A stretch of DNA of 64,000 bases from Octopus bimaculoides. Lineage: Eukaryota. This document shows positions 1 to 13,290 of the stretch, piece after piece. Position 1 is the stretch's first letter. Every line of letters starts with the position of its first letter. The stretch spans positions 15,789,974 to 15,853,973 of the forward strand of contig NC_068982.1 of NCBI RefSeq assembly GCF_001194135.2, read 5' to 3'. The position numbers and the translations under genes are program-made. The notes under the pieces were generated by a model, which saw only the letters and a program-made list of their open reading frames with translations, was not told where the DNA came from and did no database searches.

Positions 1-1192
1 GTAATGGTATTAGACTTATCATCTTTTATTACATTATTAAATACAAAAATAAACAAAAAGTGGTAATATTACTTGAACATGTTATTTAGAAAGGGTTAAC
101 ACTTGCCATCTTAGATTACATAAATGCTATTTCATTTCAGGCTATAACATTACAGGACTGTTTTCATAATCACATACACATTTTGCATCAATTTCCATTA
201 AAATTCATATATATATATATATATATANNNNNNNNNNNNNNNNNNNNNNNNNNNNNNNNNNNNNNNNNNNNNNNNNNNNNNNNNNNNNNNNNNNNNNNNN
301 NNNNNNNNNNNNNNNNNNNNNNNNNNNNNNNNNNNNNNNNNNNNNNNNNNNNNNNNNNNNNNNNNNNNNNNNNNNNNNNNNNNNNNNNNNNNNNNNNNNN
401 NNNNNNNNNNNNNNNNNNNNNNNNNNNNNNNNNNNNNNNNNNNNNNNNNNNNNNNNNNNNNNNNNNNNNNNNNNNNNNNNNNNNNNNNNNNNNNNNNNNN
501 NNNNNNNNNNNNNNNNNNNNNNNNNNNNNNNNNNNNNNNNNNNNNNNNNNNNNNNNNNNNNNNNNNNNNNNNNNNNNNNNNNNNNNNNNNNNNNNNNNNN
601 NNNNNNNNNNNNNNNNNNNNNNNNNNNNNNNNNNNNNNNNNNNNNNNNNNNNNNNNNNNNNNNNNNNNNNNNNNNNNNNNNNNNNNNNNNNNNNNNNNNN
701 NNNNNNNNNNNNNNNNNNNNNNNNNNNNNNNNNNNNNNNNNNNNNNNNNNNNNNNNNNNNNNNNNNNNNNNNNNNNNNNNNNNNNNNNNNNNNNNNNNNN
801 NNNNNNNNNNNNNNNNNNNNNNNNNNNNNNNNNNNNNNNNNNNNNNNNNNNNNNNNNNNNNNNNNNNNNNNNNNNNNNNNNNNNNNNNNNNNNNNNNNNN
901 NNNNNNNNNNNNNNNNNNNNNNNNNNNNNNNNNNNNNNNNNNNNNNNNNNNNNNNNNNNNNNNNNNNNNNNNNNNNNNNNNNNNNNNNNNNNNNNNNNNN
1001 NNNNNNNNNNNNNNNNNNNNNNNNNNNNNNNNNNNNNNNNNNNNNNNNNNNNNNNNNNNNNNNNNNNNNNNNNNNNNNNNNNNNNNNNNNNNNNNNNNNN
1101 NNNNNNNNNNNNNNNNNNNNNNNNNNNNNNNNNNNNNNNNNNNNNNNNNNNNNNNNNNNNNNNNNNNNNNNNNNNNNNNNNNNNNNNNNNNN

Positions 1193-1750
1193 TCTACAGC
1201 TGGATGCCCTTCCTAACGCCAACCACTCAAAGAGTGTAGTGGGTGCTTTTATGTGCCACTCTGGTGGTACTGGCAACGGCCATGCTCAAATGGTGTTTTT
1301 TACATGCCACCTGCACTCCTGGCAATGACCTCACTCGAATGTTGTCTTTCACGTGCCACCGGCATAAGTGCCAGTGAGGCAACACTGGTAACGATCACCC
1401 TCGAATGGTGCCTTTTACATGCCACCAGCACAGGAGCCAATCAGCAGCCCTGGCAACGTTCACACTTAGATGGTGCTCTTAATATTCTACTAGCACGAAT
1501 GCCACTCAGGCTATGCTGTCATCGTCCACGTCAGCGAATTTGATTTTGATTTCACTTGTCTCAACAGGTCTTTGCAAGCAGAGTTTAGTGTCCAATGAAA
1601 GGAAGGTATGCACAAGTGGACTGGTTACACCACTGGCATAGGCCACAAGTTATGGTCTCACTTGGCTTGCCGGTTCTTCTTAAGGACAGCATATTTCCAA
1701 AGGTCTCAGTCACTTGTCATTGCCTCGGTTAGGCCTAATGTTCAAAGGTC
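1193..1750 (-). mobile_element. Family C retroposon copy with long 5' extension and internal tandem subrepeats
   Basis: Shared core ctacagctggatgcccttcctaacgccaaccac and gtgccacc subrepeats, as in more than 10 other copies. Truncated by a gap. Confidence 0.75.
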
Positions 1751-1789
1751 GATATATATATGTAGAGACAGAATCTCTAGCTGGGGACT

Positions 1790-2045
1790 AGAGTAGAGAG
1801 GCTGTCCTCTCAACCAATATCTTGCTGTGGGTGCCACTGGATGATAGACACAGGTGATGATGTTATTCCATGCTTTCTGATCCATAGTGCTGGCTTTGGT
1901 ATGCTCGAGGTCAAGGTGCTGTGACTTTGGGCCTTGCTCAATTTGTCCCACCCATGTTATCTTTGGTGCGCTGCACTGAATTGCCTGAGCATGGGTCATT
2001 GCTGTCACAAAAGTTGGTGTGGGTAGTCTTCTGATGCTCACCCTG
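1790..2045 (-). mobile_element. Degenerate RTE-like LINE ORF C-terminal remnant
   Basis: The minus frame reads APKITWVGQIEQGPKSQHLDLEHTKASTMDQKAWNNII, resembling the RTE-type GRPKxTW...D(L)...A.DR..W terminal motif. Confidence 0.5.
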
Positions 2046-2276
2046 CAGACGTTGCCATCAATAAAATTCTACTAAAACAGCTGTTTTAAATTTTGAACCC
2101 TATTTATGTTCTCGTTTTATATCTATACCATACCCAGAAACCGTCGCTGAGACAAATCTACAGCGTAAGTTACATTTGGTACTTACGTACCTGTAGTATC
2201 CTTACCAACACCTGATACTTTCATGGTTGTCTTACCTCACTGTGCACCAAATATATGATGTATATGTGTGTGTGTA

Positions 2277-2308
<32 letters not shown>

Positions 2309-3129
2309 GTTTTAGGGAAAATAACCTGTAATTTTGGATTTTGTCCCTAATATATATATATCATCATCATCATGTTCGTTTAATGTCTGCTTTCCATGCT
2401 GGTATGGGTTGAATGGTTTGACTGAGATCTGACAAGCCGGGAGGCTGCACCAGGCTCCAGTCTGATTTGGCAAGGTTTCTACAGCTGGATGCCCTTCCTA
2501 ATGCCAGCCTGAGCATGTAGTAGGTGCTTTTACATGCCACCAGTATGAAAGCCAGTCAGGCGGCACTGGCATAGGCCATGTTCAAATGGTGCTTAGATCT
2601 ACACAAACATTTAATCACAGTAAACATCTGTGTGGTTGTTTGGTAAGGAATTGTTGAACCCTCATACGTTGTCTAATGACGGGAGAGTCCATCACACACA
2701 CACACACACACACATATATATACCTGGGACGTGCTGCCTAGGTAGGCAAAGTAGGCACTGCCTACCTTGAATAAAATAGATCAATAGCAACATTTTCCTC
2801 TCATGGCCAAATATGCACCTAATTCAGTGATATTATGAAGGTTACTCTGATTACTATGCATAAAATGCAAAATATTTTATGATTTTTGTAGATTAGGTAG
2901 GCATCATTCGCCCCTGCCTTTCTATCTCAGTAATTAAGCTATGCATAGTAATGCTGCAGTACACGTGCTGCGTATGCTCCAACAACACTGTTTTCTTTAT
3001 GTGGTATAAAGGCAGATGTAAATCAGCTTTCACTACAGTTGCGCACCTGTGATTCACTTATTGTTTAATGTGTTTTATTACATGAAGTTCACCAACAGCC
3101 GACCCTGAATAATTACTGACGGCACATGC

Positions 3130-3186
<57 letters not shown>

Positions 3187-3373
3187 ATGTATATATATAT
3201 ATGTGTATTTATGCATATATATATATATATATGTATGNNNNNNNNNNNNNNNNNNNNNNNNNNNNNNNNNNNNNNNNNNNNNNNNNNNNNNNNNNNNNNN
3301 NNNNNNNNNNNNNNNNNNNNNNNNNNNNNNNNNNNNNNNNNNNNNNNNNNNNNNNNNNNNNNNNNNNNNNNNN

Positions 3374-3436
<63 letters not shown>

Positions 3437-4744
3437 ATATATCTCGGTGTGTATGTGCCTTTGTGTTTGTGCTTGTCTCCTATCATCACTTGTCAACCGG
3501 TGTAGGTGTGTTTGTATCCTTGTAACTTAGCAGTTCAGCAAAAGAGACCTATATATAAATAAGTACTAAGCTTTAAAAAAAAAGAGAACAAGTCCTGCAG
3601 TCGATTTGTTCAGCTAAAACCTTTCTAGTCGGTGCCCCAGCATTGCCACAGTCAAATGCCAAACAAGTATAAGATAAAAAAATTATATATATGTGTGTGT
3701 GTTTGTGTGTGTATGTGTATGTGTGTGTGTGTGTGTGTGTGTGTATACATATGATGCCAATTCCCCACCCTGTGCCAGTTCAACCGTTCAAAAAATATTA
3801 GAAGTAATTGTAATTTCTTCATCTTAGAGAACCATCCACCTGTGGAATTCTCGTATTCTTTCATTTATTATAATATTTTTTTGTTTTCTTTTTTGCTCTA
3901 TAGAGAAAAGAAATGTTATTTCATGTACAATTTTCAAAACCTGCCATGTATGGCACCCATACAGATATGTCAATGAAGGATGCTTCCTGGATTTACGACT
4001 GCGAACAAAAACTATACAATTTTTGTGTTGAGTAAAAAGGGGGGAAAAAAAGGTGCGGGGGGGGGGAGATTTTAATGTTTCAAAAGAGCATTTCTTATTT
4101 TAGCAGGGTGTTATTGATTTCTTTTAATTAGGCTGAGTTAAAATTAATGTAAAGTGCAACCTTTAAAGTTCTGAATATCAGACCTTGATATGGTAACAGT
4201 TTGTTCTTGGAGAAAAAAAATACAAAAATAGCTTGCATTAGTGAATGACTCATGAGTTCTATATTTAGCTGATCCTTTATATTAAGACATGGAGGGAGGA
4301 ACGGTGCTGCTTTTCCTTTCCTTGAATAAAGTGATATCTTTCTTTTCTTTTTTTTTTTCTTGTTTCAGTCATTTGACTACGGCCATGCTGGGGCACTGCC
4401 ATGAAGAATTCTTTAGATTGATCCCAGTACTTATTTTTTTTAAAAAAAGGTACTGATATTTGTTCTATCAAGTTCTTTTATCAAACAGTTAAGTTACAAG
4501 AATTAAACACACCGACACCTAGTTGTTAATTACTGGTGAGTGACAAACACACGCACACAAACATATATATAAATATATCATGGGCTTCTTTCAGTTTCTG
4601 TCTACCAAATCCACTCACAAAGCCTTGGTCGGCCCAAGACTATAGTAGAAGATACTTGCCCAAGGTGCCACGCAGCGGGACTGAACCTAGAACCATGTGG
4701 TTGGGAAGCAAGCTTCTTACCACACAGCCATGCCTGTGCCTCTA

Positions 4745-4775
<31 letters not shown>

Positions 4776-5009
4776 NNNNNNNNNNNNNNNNNNNNNNNNN
4801 NNNNNNNNNNNNNNNNNNNNNNNNNNNNNNNNNNNNNNNNNNNNNNNNNNNNNNNNNNNNNNNNNNNNNNNNNNNNNNNNNNNNNNNNNNNNNNNNNNNN
4901 NNNNNNNNNNNNNNNNNNNNNNNNNNNNNNNNNNNNNNNNNNNNNNNNNNNNNNNNNNNNNNNNNNNNNNNNNNNNNNNNNNNNNNNNNNNNNNNNNNNN
5001 NNNNNNNNN

Positions 5010-5185
5010 GAAAAAAACTCATCTTTTTTTCCCATAAATATATATAATTTATATAAGGGCATTAACTATATAGTAATGCCTCACACTTAGAGGGACTAGT
5101 CCCTCTAAGCGTGAGGCATTACTATATAGTTAATGCCCTTATATAAATTATATATATTTATGGGAAAAAAAGATGAGTTTTTTTC
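5010..5185. repeat. Spacerless palindrome, 88-bp arms, 1 mismatch
   Basis: Centre between 5097 and 5098 (gggact|agtccc). The arms are reverse complements apart from cacActt versus aagCgtg. The left arm runs into an N gap. Confidence 0.95.
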
Positions 5186-5281
5186 CTTATGGGTTTTTTT
5201 TCACGCTGACTACTTGATAAATTCTTATAAAGATTTTATCCTATATTATATATGTATGTATATATATATATGTATGTATGC

Positions 5282-5343
<62 letters not shown>

Positions 5344-5376
5344 ATATATACATATATATACACATGCATACATATA

Positions 5377-5415
<39 letters not shown>

Positions 5416-7525
5416 GCATACATACACACACACACACACACATGGCAGTCTTCATTCAGTTTCCATCTACCAAATCCCCTCACAAGGCTTTGTTTGGCTT
5501 AAGGCTATAGTAGAAGGCTTTTGCCCAAGGTGCCATACAGTGAGACTGAACCTGGAACCATGTGGTTGGGAAGCAAGCTTCTTACCATACAGCCACGCCT
5601 GCACCTAATATCTTACATTTTAGTGACATTAGACATCATCAGACTACCGAGACCCCTACTAGGGAATATGTTGAAGGTCCCTTAAGACAAGGAAAAGGAG
5701 TAAATGTCTGCCTTAAACAACTGATGTTAGCATTGGGCGAAGTATTTGATTGAAACAACGCCAGGGAATAAGGATTTGTATCACCTGAGTGGAGACTACA
5801 TTATAGATTGGTGGCAGGCTGGTGACGGAGATGATTGTCAGAATGGGTTAGTGATGATGTGTAGAGTGCGTAGAACGGAGTGGAGAAAGAACAAGGGAAT
5901 GAGGATGAGTGATGAGTAGAAGAGACTTGGAAAAAAAAAAAAAAAAAAAAAAAAAAAANNNNNNNNNNNNNNNNNNNNNNNNNNNNNNNNNNNNNNNNNN
6001 AAAAAAAAAAAAAAAAAAAAATGATGGTATTATTGATTTTCCTGTTAGTCTAGTCAGCATGAGAGAATCTTAATTCTCTGAGAGTTGCTATTGAGAAGGT
6101 ACAAATACATTTTTAAATTTGAATTCTCGAAATAATTGACTAACATTTGGTGCAATTTCTTTCTGCTTCAATCGTTATTTTCCTGGTATTACTACTTTCT
6201 CTTTCAATGACATATTGTAGCAACTTAATGCTTTCATAGTGAAATACAGATATTATTGATACAATAGTTTTGCTGTTGCTTGTTGTTACTTGTTGGTTCT
6301 GGTTCACGTAAGCTGTTTATAGCAGATTACATGTCTAATCTCTATTTGCTACATGCGAGCATTGCTATAATGAATTTATATCCGAGGATCTTTAATGCAA
6401 CCTGGTGATTCAATATCTTAGAACTTGGCGAGCGATAAGATCAGTGCCTGCCCCATGTGAGTTTCATCTGTTGAATTAATAACCTTCCATTTCTCCCTGC
6501 AAAAAAAAATATCCCAGAATATTGATGAATATAACTAAGTGAAACTGTCTATTATATAATTCTGCTATGATGGTATTCCCACCTACTGCTGCACTGCTAA
6601 AAATACCATCTATTCTTCTTTCACCTTCATTATTATCATAACCTTCAATAACATCTCTCACTAAAATCCCTTCACTTACTCTCTCGTTCTCACTTTCTCT
6701 CCTTCCTTTCTTTCTCACTTCTCTCTCTCTCTCTCTCTCTCAGAATTCCTAATTATGAGTAGCTGCAATTGATTGATCATTCCTTGTGTGCTGGAACTTC
6801 AAAAAAGTCATATCATTTACTTTATTGCATCTAGCTTTTCTTTTTCTTTTCACTATGCAACTAATACAAGATGCTGGTATTTCAAATAAAAATAAAAGGG
6901 AAAGAAAAAAGGCTTGTTGCTTTAGATTTGAGGTAAAAAAAAAAAGTAAATAAATGCACTACTAACAACATACATAGTCTAATAATTAATTTTTGAAGTA
7001 AACAAATTTGAAATAAAACAACAATAATAATAACAACACCAAAAAGAAAAGCAAAATATATTTTTGCCTGTGGACTTATGGAAAGGCAGGAATCCTTTAA
7101 TTTTCCTGGAACAAGCTTGGAGAAATATCTTCATTTACAACGTGACTCTGATATCCCCTCTGGCAGTAAATGGTCGTTAATAACTCCAGGAACGGAATGC
7201 TTTATAGAAATGACTAATAAGAGCTTGATTGTATCTCTCTGTCTCTACCTCTATCTGTCTGTCTGTCTGTCTTTTTTATTTTTTTGCTTTGTTCAGTCGT
7301 TCATTTGTGTCCTATATTCTGTACACTATCTTTTCTTTATTTTGTTCTTCAGTCATATGTGACTTAAATGCGCATAATCCATTATTATTATTATTATTAT
7401 TATTATTCTCCTCCTCCTCCACAATCTCATCATCACCACCACGACAGCTGCCGCCACCACCAATACCACCACTATCATCATAATCGTCATCACTATTATT
7501 ACAATTATTACAATTATTATTATTA

Positions 7526-7563
<38 letters not shown>

Positions 7564-8319
7564 GTCCATATATAATCAATAGATGCATAAACATCGTTCC
7601 ATATGCAACAACAATAACGGAATTACTTCCAAAATACCATTCTTCCTTTGGTCCTGTAGAATAGTGACTGATATAAATTTCAACAATACTTTAAGAAAAA
7701 GCAAAAAATCAAAATCAAAAAAAGAAATATATATCCAAAAAAAAAAAAATAATAAATATATAGCTATCGATTATTTGTTTTCNNNNNNNNNNNNNNNNNN
7801 NNNNNNNNNNNNNNNNNNNNNNNNNNNNNNNNNNNNNNNNNNNNNNNGATATAAATTTCAACAATACTTTAAGAAAAAGCAAAAAATCAAAATCAAAAAA
7901 AGAAATATATATCCAAAAAAAAAAAAATAATAAATATATAGCTATCGATTATTTGTTTTCATTCCTGCTATTTACATTTCTCGTATTTCTTGCAGTCTGT
8001 TTTCTTCTTACCCATTGAAGAAATCTGGGAGGGAGTTCTAAGATGCTTCTACACACCGTACACACTTGCATGGCATTCTTACTTTTAAACGAAGGTTTAT
8101 CAATGTAGTTTCACCTATGCTTGCAAATATATACACAACACATGATCATGCATGTATATATACTGTGTGTATGTGTATGCATGGTTGTGTGGTAAGAAGT
8201 AAGCTTCCCAGACATATGGTTCTGGGTTCAGTCCCACTGCGTGGCACTTTCAGCAAGTATCATTTAAAACAGCCTCAGGCTGACCAAACCTTTGTATAGA
8301 TGGAATCGGAAAGAAGCTC

Positions 8320-8352
<33 letters not shown>

Positions 8353-8356
<4 letters not shown>

Positions 8357-9135
8357 GATGTGGTGAATAAACTGTCGTCTAAATTATGCAAAAATGAAAA
8401 TTGCACTGACATCTCATTTCAACAGATATATTTACCAAAATCACATAAAAATATCTTGAAATACTAAAGAGTAAATTTATTCAATAAAATCACCATTGGC
8501 TTCAACCACGGCTGCCAGATGGCTTCAGAATCTCCTGCAACTCTTCTGGCTGGTCTCCTTGTTTAAGTTAGTGAATGCTGCCATAATCCTTGCTTTCGGT
8601 TCATCTTTGGTATTACAAGAAGTTTTGTTGGTCTTTCGCTCAATGCACTCCACACATAATAACAGAAGGGGTTGCATTCTGGGGAGTTAGGTGGCCAGAT
8701 GTTAGGGGTGGTGTGGTCACAAAAATTGTCTGACAGCCATGATTGGATTCTTTTGCCAGACATAGGGTCTTCTAGCAGCCACCCTCTTGACCCAGGGCAG
8801 CACTACCTCCTCCAGGCACTTGATATAGTCCTGCATGTTGAGCCTGAAGCCATGTAGGAAGATGAATGGAGGCATAACGTCACAAGCATTAGCGATCACT
8901 CCAAACACCATGATGTTGACTGGATGTTTGATCTTTATCACTCTCAGTACATGTCTTCTGATTGCACTGTCTTCTTCAGACTGACATCCAAGCTCTCTGA
9001 AATGTTCGTTTTGGAGCACCTGGTGTGAATGCCAAGCAGTACAGCATATTGCTTCCAAACTTCTGGCAGAGTGAATTGTGTCATGGTGTTGTTTTTCTCA
9101 GACAGTGCCCAACTGACCCTACTATACTGTGAAGT
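8353..9135 (-). mobile_element. Internally deleted Tc1/mariner transposon, DD37D (maT/mori)-like
   Basis: Minus-strand peptides KHPVNIMVFGVI...MPPFIF...YIKCLEEVVLPWVKRVAARRPYVWQ and IWPPNSPECNPFCYYVW. One end reads TA-CAGGATGTGG. Frameshifts and deletions are present. Confidence 0.85.
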
Positions 9136-10613
9136 GTATGTATGTATAGAAATGTATGAATGAAGTCTTTAAAGTTTACGATTCAAATTAAGGAAGTGCA
9201 ATAATAATGTTTAGCAGTTAAAAACTGTGAGTAGTGAAATGCAGAATTAGGTTGGCTCATCGTGAGAATCAAATATTGATCGTTTCGCTAAAAACTGCAG
9301 GTGGTATGGGTTATTTCCCTTGGGTTATTTAAATAGAATATTAGTAATATGTAGTAGATCCATTGGAAAAAATAGTTCCAACTCATGAGTCAAACCACTC
9401 ACCAGATTATTTGGTTGGTGATTGTGCTGCGCGCGCGCACGCACTATTATACGTGTTCNNNNNNNNNNNNNNNNNNNNNNNNNNNNNNNNNNNNNNNNNN
9501 NNNNNNNNNNNNNNNNNNNNNNNNNNNNNNNNNNNNNNNNNNNNNNNNNNNNNNNNNNNNNNNNNNNNNNNNNNNNNNNNNNNNNNNNNNNNNNNNNNNN
9601 NNNNNNNNNNNNNNNNNNNNNNNNNNNNNNNNNNNNNNNNNNNNNNNNNNNNNNNNNNNNNNNNNNNNNNNNNNNNNNNNNNNNNNNNNNNNNNNNNNNN
9701 NNNNNNNNNNNNNNNNNNNNNNNNNNNNNNNNNNNNNNNNNNNNNNNNNNNNNNNNNNNNNNNNNNNNNNNNNNNNNNNNNNNNNNNNNNNNNNNNNNNN
9801 NNNNNNNNNNNNNNNNNNNNNNNNNNNNNNNNNNNNNNNNNNNNNNNNNNNNNNTAATGCAATCTACAGGTAATAAACATTGGTAACAGACTGAAACTTC
9901 ATATTCAATTTATGTTTTACAGGTGTTTGGTTTGGGCCAAGATAAACATTTCTAAACATTTGGTTATAATGATGTAGAATATTTGGTTAGTAATATGATC
10001 CTTGAAAACATCACTAACTAAAGCCATTGAAAGTAAACTGCTCTCCCTATGACTGCTACGTCTGCTGAATAACATGCTTTCTATTTTAGGTATTTGTCTT
10101 CAATAAACCAGTGTAGTTTTTTTGCGTATATACATATACACACACATATAGCTAAATACACACACACACACATACATCTATGTATGTGTGTGTTTATGAA
10201 GTATTTATGTTTATATACATACAGATATATATATACGACAGGCTTCTTTCAATTTCCATCTACAAAATCCACTCACAAGGCTTTGGTCAGCTGAAGGTGC
10301 CATGCAGTGAAACTGTATCTGGGACCATGTTATTGGGAAGCAAGTTTCTTACCACACAGACATATATAAATGTGTGTGTGTGCTTAAATATACACATACA
10401 TACACACACACACACATTTGTATATAGGATCATGTGTGTGTATGTAAGAACGTGTAAGAGTTATTTGTATTAGAAGTCTACTTGTTATTTTTCTCTGCAT
10501 TCACATATTCACTCTCAGCATGATTGAAAAGCAAAGGAAACAGACAAACAACAAAGTGGAAAAGTCATGCGTACATGTATGTGTGTGTGTGTATACATAA
10601 ACAAGAATATATC

Positions 10614-10652
<39 letters not shown>

Positions 10653-11309
10653 AAATATATATAGAAAGGAAATGTTATGTTCGTACAGAAAAGAGCACTC
10701 AACACATTTAATAGAGTATAATATATCTAAGTGTGTGTGTTGATGTATATGGATATATATATATATATATAATATCTTACTATATAAATATGGGTAAGGT
10801 GATGCAAACAGGAAAATAAAAACGCAAAATATGAGTATATATATTTTATTCTTTTACACGTTTCAATCATTTGACTGTGGCCATGCTGGAGCACTGCCTT
10901 TTGTCGAAGAAATCAACCCTAGGACTTATTATTTGTAAGCCTAGTACTTATTCCATCCATCCCTTCTGCTGAACTGTTAGTGTTTCAGGGATATAAACAC
11001 ACCAGCATCAGTTGTCAAGACACACACAGACAAACATATAAATATATAAACATATATATATATATAACAAAGTAACGATAAACTTCTTGCAGTTTCTGTT
11101 TACCAAATCCACTCAAGGCTATAGTAGAAGACACTTTCCCAAGGTGCCACACAGTGGAACTGAACTTGGAACCAGGTGGTTGGGAAGCAAGCTTCTTACC
11201 ACACAGCCACACATATATATACATTTATTTATATTTAGCTAAAGCGACAGTGTGACTCAAGTGCTGAGAGTTTTCTGCATTCGTATTTATCAAGATATAT
11301 ATATATGTG

Positions 11310-11815
11310 TGCCATGGCCACCTGACTGGCTCCCGTGCTGGTGCCATGTAAAATATACCATCCAAACATGGTTGATGCCAGTGTCCCCTGACTGACTCGT
11401 GTGCCAGTGGCATGTAAAAAGCACCATTCGAGTGTGGTCATTGCCAGTGTCACCTGACTGGCTCCTGTGCTGGTAGCGTGTAAAAAGCACTATCCGAATG
11501 TGATCGATGCCAGGCCCGCCTGAGTGGCTCCTGCGCCGGTGGCACATAAGAAGCACCTACTACACTCTTGGGTTGGTGTTAGGAAGGGCATCAAGCTGTA
11601 GAAACATTGTCAGATCAGATTGGAGCCTTGTGCAGCTGCTGGCTGTCCAGACCTCAGTCAAACCGTCCGACCCATGCCAGCATGGAAAATGGACGTTAAA
11701 CGACGATGCTGCTGCAGATGGGAGCCTGGTGTTGCCATCCGGTTTCACCAGTCCTCAGTCAAGTCGTCCAACCCATGCTAGCATGGAAAGCAGACGTTAA
11801 ACGATGATGATGATG
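11310..11815 (+). mobile_element. Family C retroposon with three to four 65-70 bp subrepeats and (GAT)n tail
   Basis: Repeating gcacgtaaaaagcacc units, ttaggaagggcatc core, and a duplicated 3' end aacccatgctagcatggaaagcagacgttaaacgatgatgatg. Confidence 0.8.
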
Positions 11816-11848
11816 ATATATATATATATATATATATANNNNNNNNNN

Positions 11849-11897
<49 letters not shown>

Positions 11898-12539
11898 CGT
11901 ACCTTTGCTTTATGGATGTTGACCAAGGGTGACCCCATAGACCGACCATATCTATCTTTATATATACATATATATATCAGGTGTGTATATGTTAATAAAG
12001 TTCTGGGGTAGATTCTTCTGTTTCTCTCTGTCTGTCTATCTGTCTGTCTCTCTTTCTCCCTCCATCTCTGGGTCACCTATGTTGTTCTGCATGTATCCCA
12101 GTTTCTAGACTATGTGTTTTGTATCTCTTCATCTAATAACTGATGACTAAAATGGTTTCCACCAGTAAAGATGTTTCACTGCAAAACAATGCTGCAGAAA
12201 GCAGAAAAAAAAATAAGAAACACAAAAAAAGAGTAAAAAGGAAAAAGAAGACCCATCCACCCATGGTGTTGACAGAATAACAATGTAAAACAACAATGAT
12301 GTTGAGGATGAAGATGAGAATTATGTCTATCATCCTACCTACATATGTATGTATNNNNNNNNNNNNNNNNNNNNNNNNNNNNNNNNNNNNNNNNNNNNNN
12401 NNNNNNNNNNNNNNNNNNNNNNNNNNNNNNNNNNNNNNNNNNNNNNNNNNNNNNTAAATATGAACTTCTGTCCTCTATGTTTTCTAGCAATTTGAATCAC
12501 AGCTTCTTTCTCTGTATCACCAGCATTACTAGATGTCAT

Positions 12540-13290
12540 TAAACACTCCTCTTCCTCCTTCTTCTCTCCCATCCTCTCCTTCCCTTCCTCTTCCTCCTCC
12601 TCCTCTTCTCTCCCATCCTTGCTCACCTTATTCTTCTCTTCCTCCTCCTCCTCCCCTTCTTTTTCTTCTCCTCCCCATCTTCTCCCTCCTTATACTTCCC
12701 TTTCTTCTTCTTCTTCTTCTTCCCTTATCCTCCTCCCCATCCTCTCCTTCCTTATTATTCACTTCGTCCTCCTCCTTCTACTTCCCCTCCTCCTCCTCCT
12801 TCTACTTCCCATCCTCCTCCTCCTTCTACTTCCCATCCTCCTCCTTCTCTCTATCCTTTCCCTCCTTATTCTTCACTTCCTCCTCCTCCCTATCCTCTCA
12901 CTTCCTCCTCCTTCTTTTTCTTCTTCTTCTCCTTTTTCCCATCCTTCTCCTTCTCCCTATCCTCTCCCTCCTTATTCTTCACATCCTCCTTCTCCCCATC
13001 CTCTCCCTCCTCCTCCTCTTCCTCCAATTCTCCCCATCCTCTCCCTCCTTATTCTTCACTTCCTCCTACTCTTCCTCTTCTTCTCTCCCATCCTCTCCCA
13101 CCTTATCCAGCTCTTCCTCCTCCTCGTCTCTCCCATCCTCATTCTCATCTTCTCCCCTTCTCCACCTTCCACCCCTCTTTATCCTTCTCCTTCTCATCCT
13201 CCTTCCATCTCACCACCGCCACCACAATTGTCAGCATCACCGCCACCACAATTGTCAGCATCACCGCCACCACCATTGTTACAACCACCC
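12540..13290. repeat. Polypyrimidine (TCC/TTC) low-complexity tract with 24-35 bp subrepeats
   Basis: Nearly all C/T on the + strand. Contains cttctacttcccatcctcctcctc about 3 times and caccgccaccacaattgtcagcat about 2.5 times. Confidence 0.9.

Noticed and set aside
183-1328. Long ORFs spanning N runs (also 9363-9886, 24510-25379, 43716-44828, 48287-49297, 60704-61216)
   Set aside because: They are artefacts of translating assembly gaps as X.
2726-2770. GGTAGGCA-N10-TGCCTACC hairpin
   Set aside because: It has only an 8-bp stem and no matching second terminus was found, so no element could be defined.
5236-5483. YIYI, CVCV and HTHT ORFs here and elsewhere
   Set aside because: They are translations of (TA)n, (TG)n and (CA)n microsatellites.
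6380-6465. Possible upstream 5' UTR exon ending at cccat/GTGAGT
   Set aside because: A donor-like hexamer alone is insufficient. Transcript data are needed.
7670-7960. Exact 113-bp direct repeat (7670-7782 and 7848-7960)
   Set aside because: The copies flank a 65-N gap and are identical, typical of unmerged overlapping contig ends.
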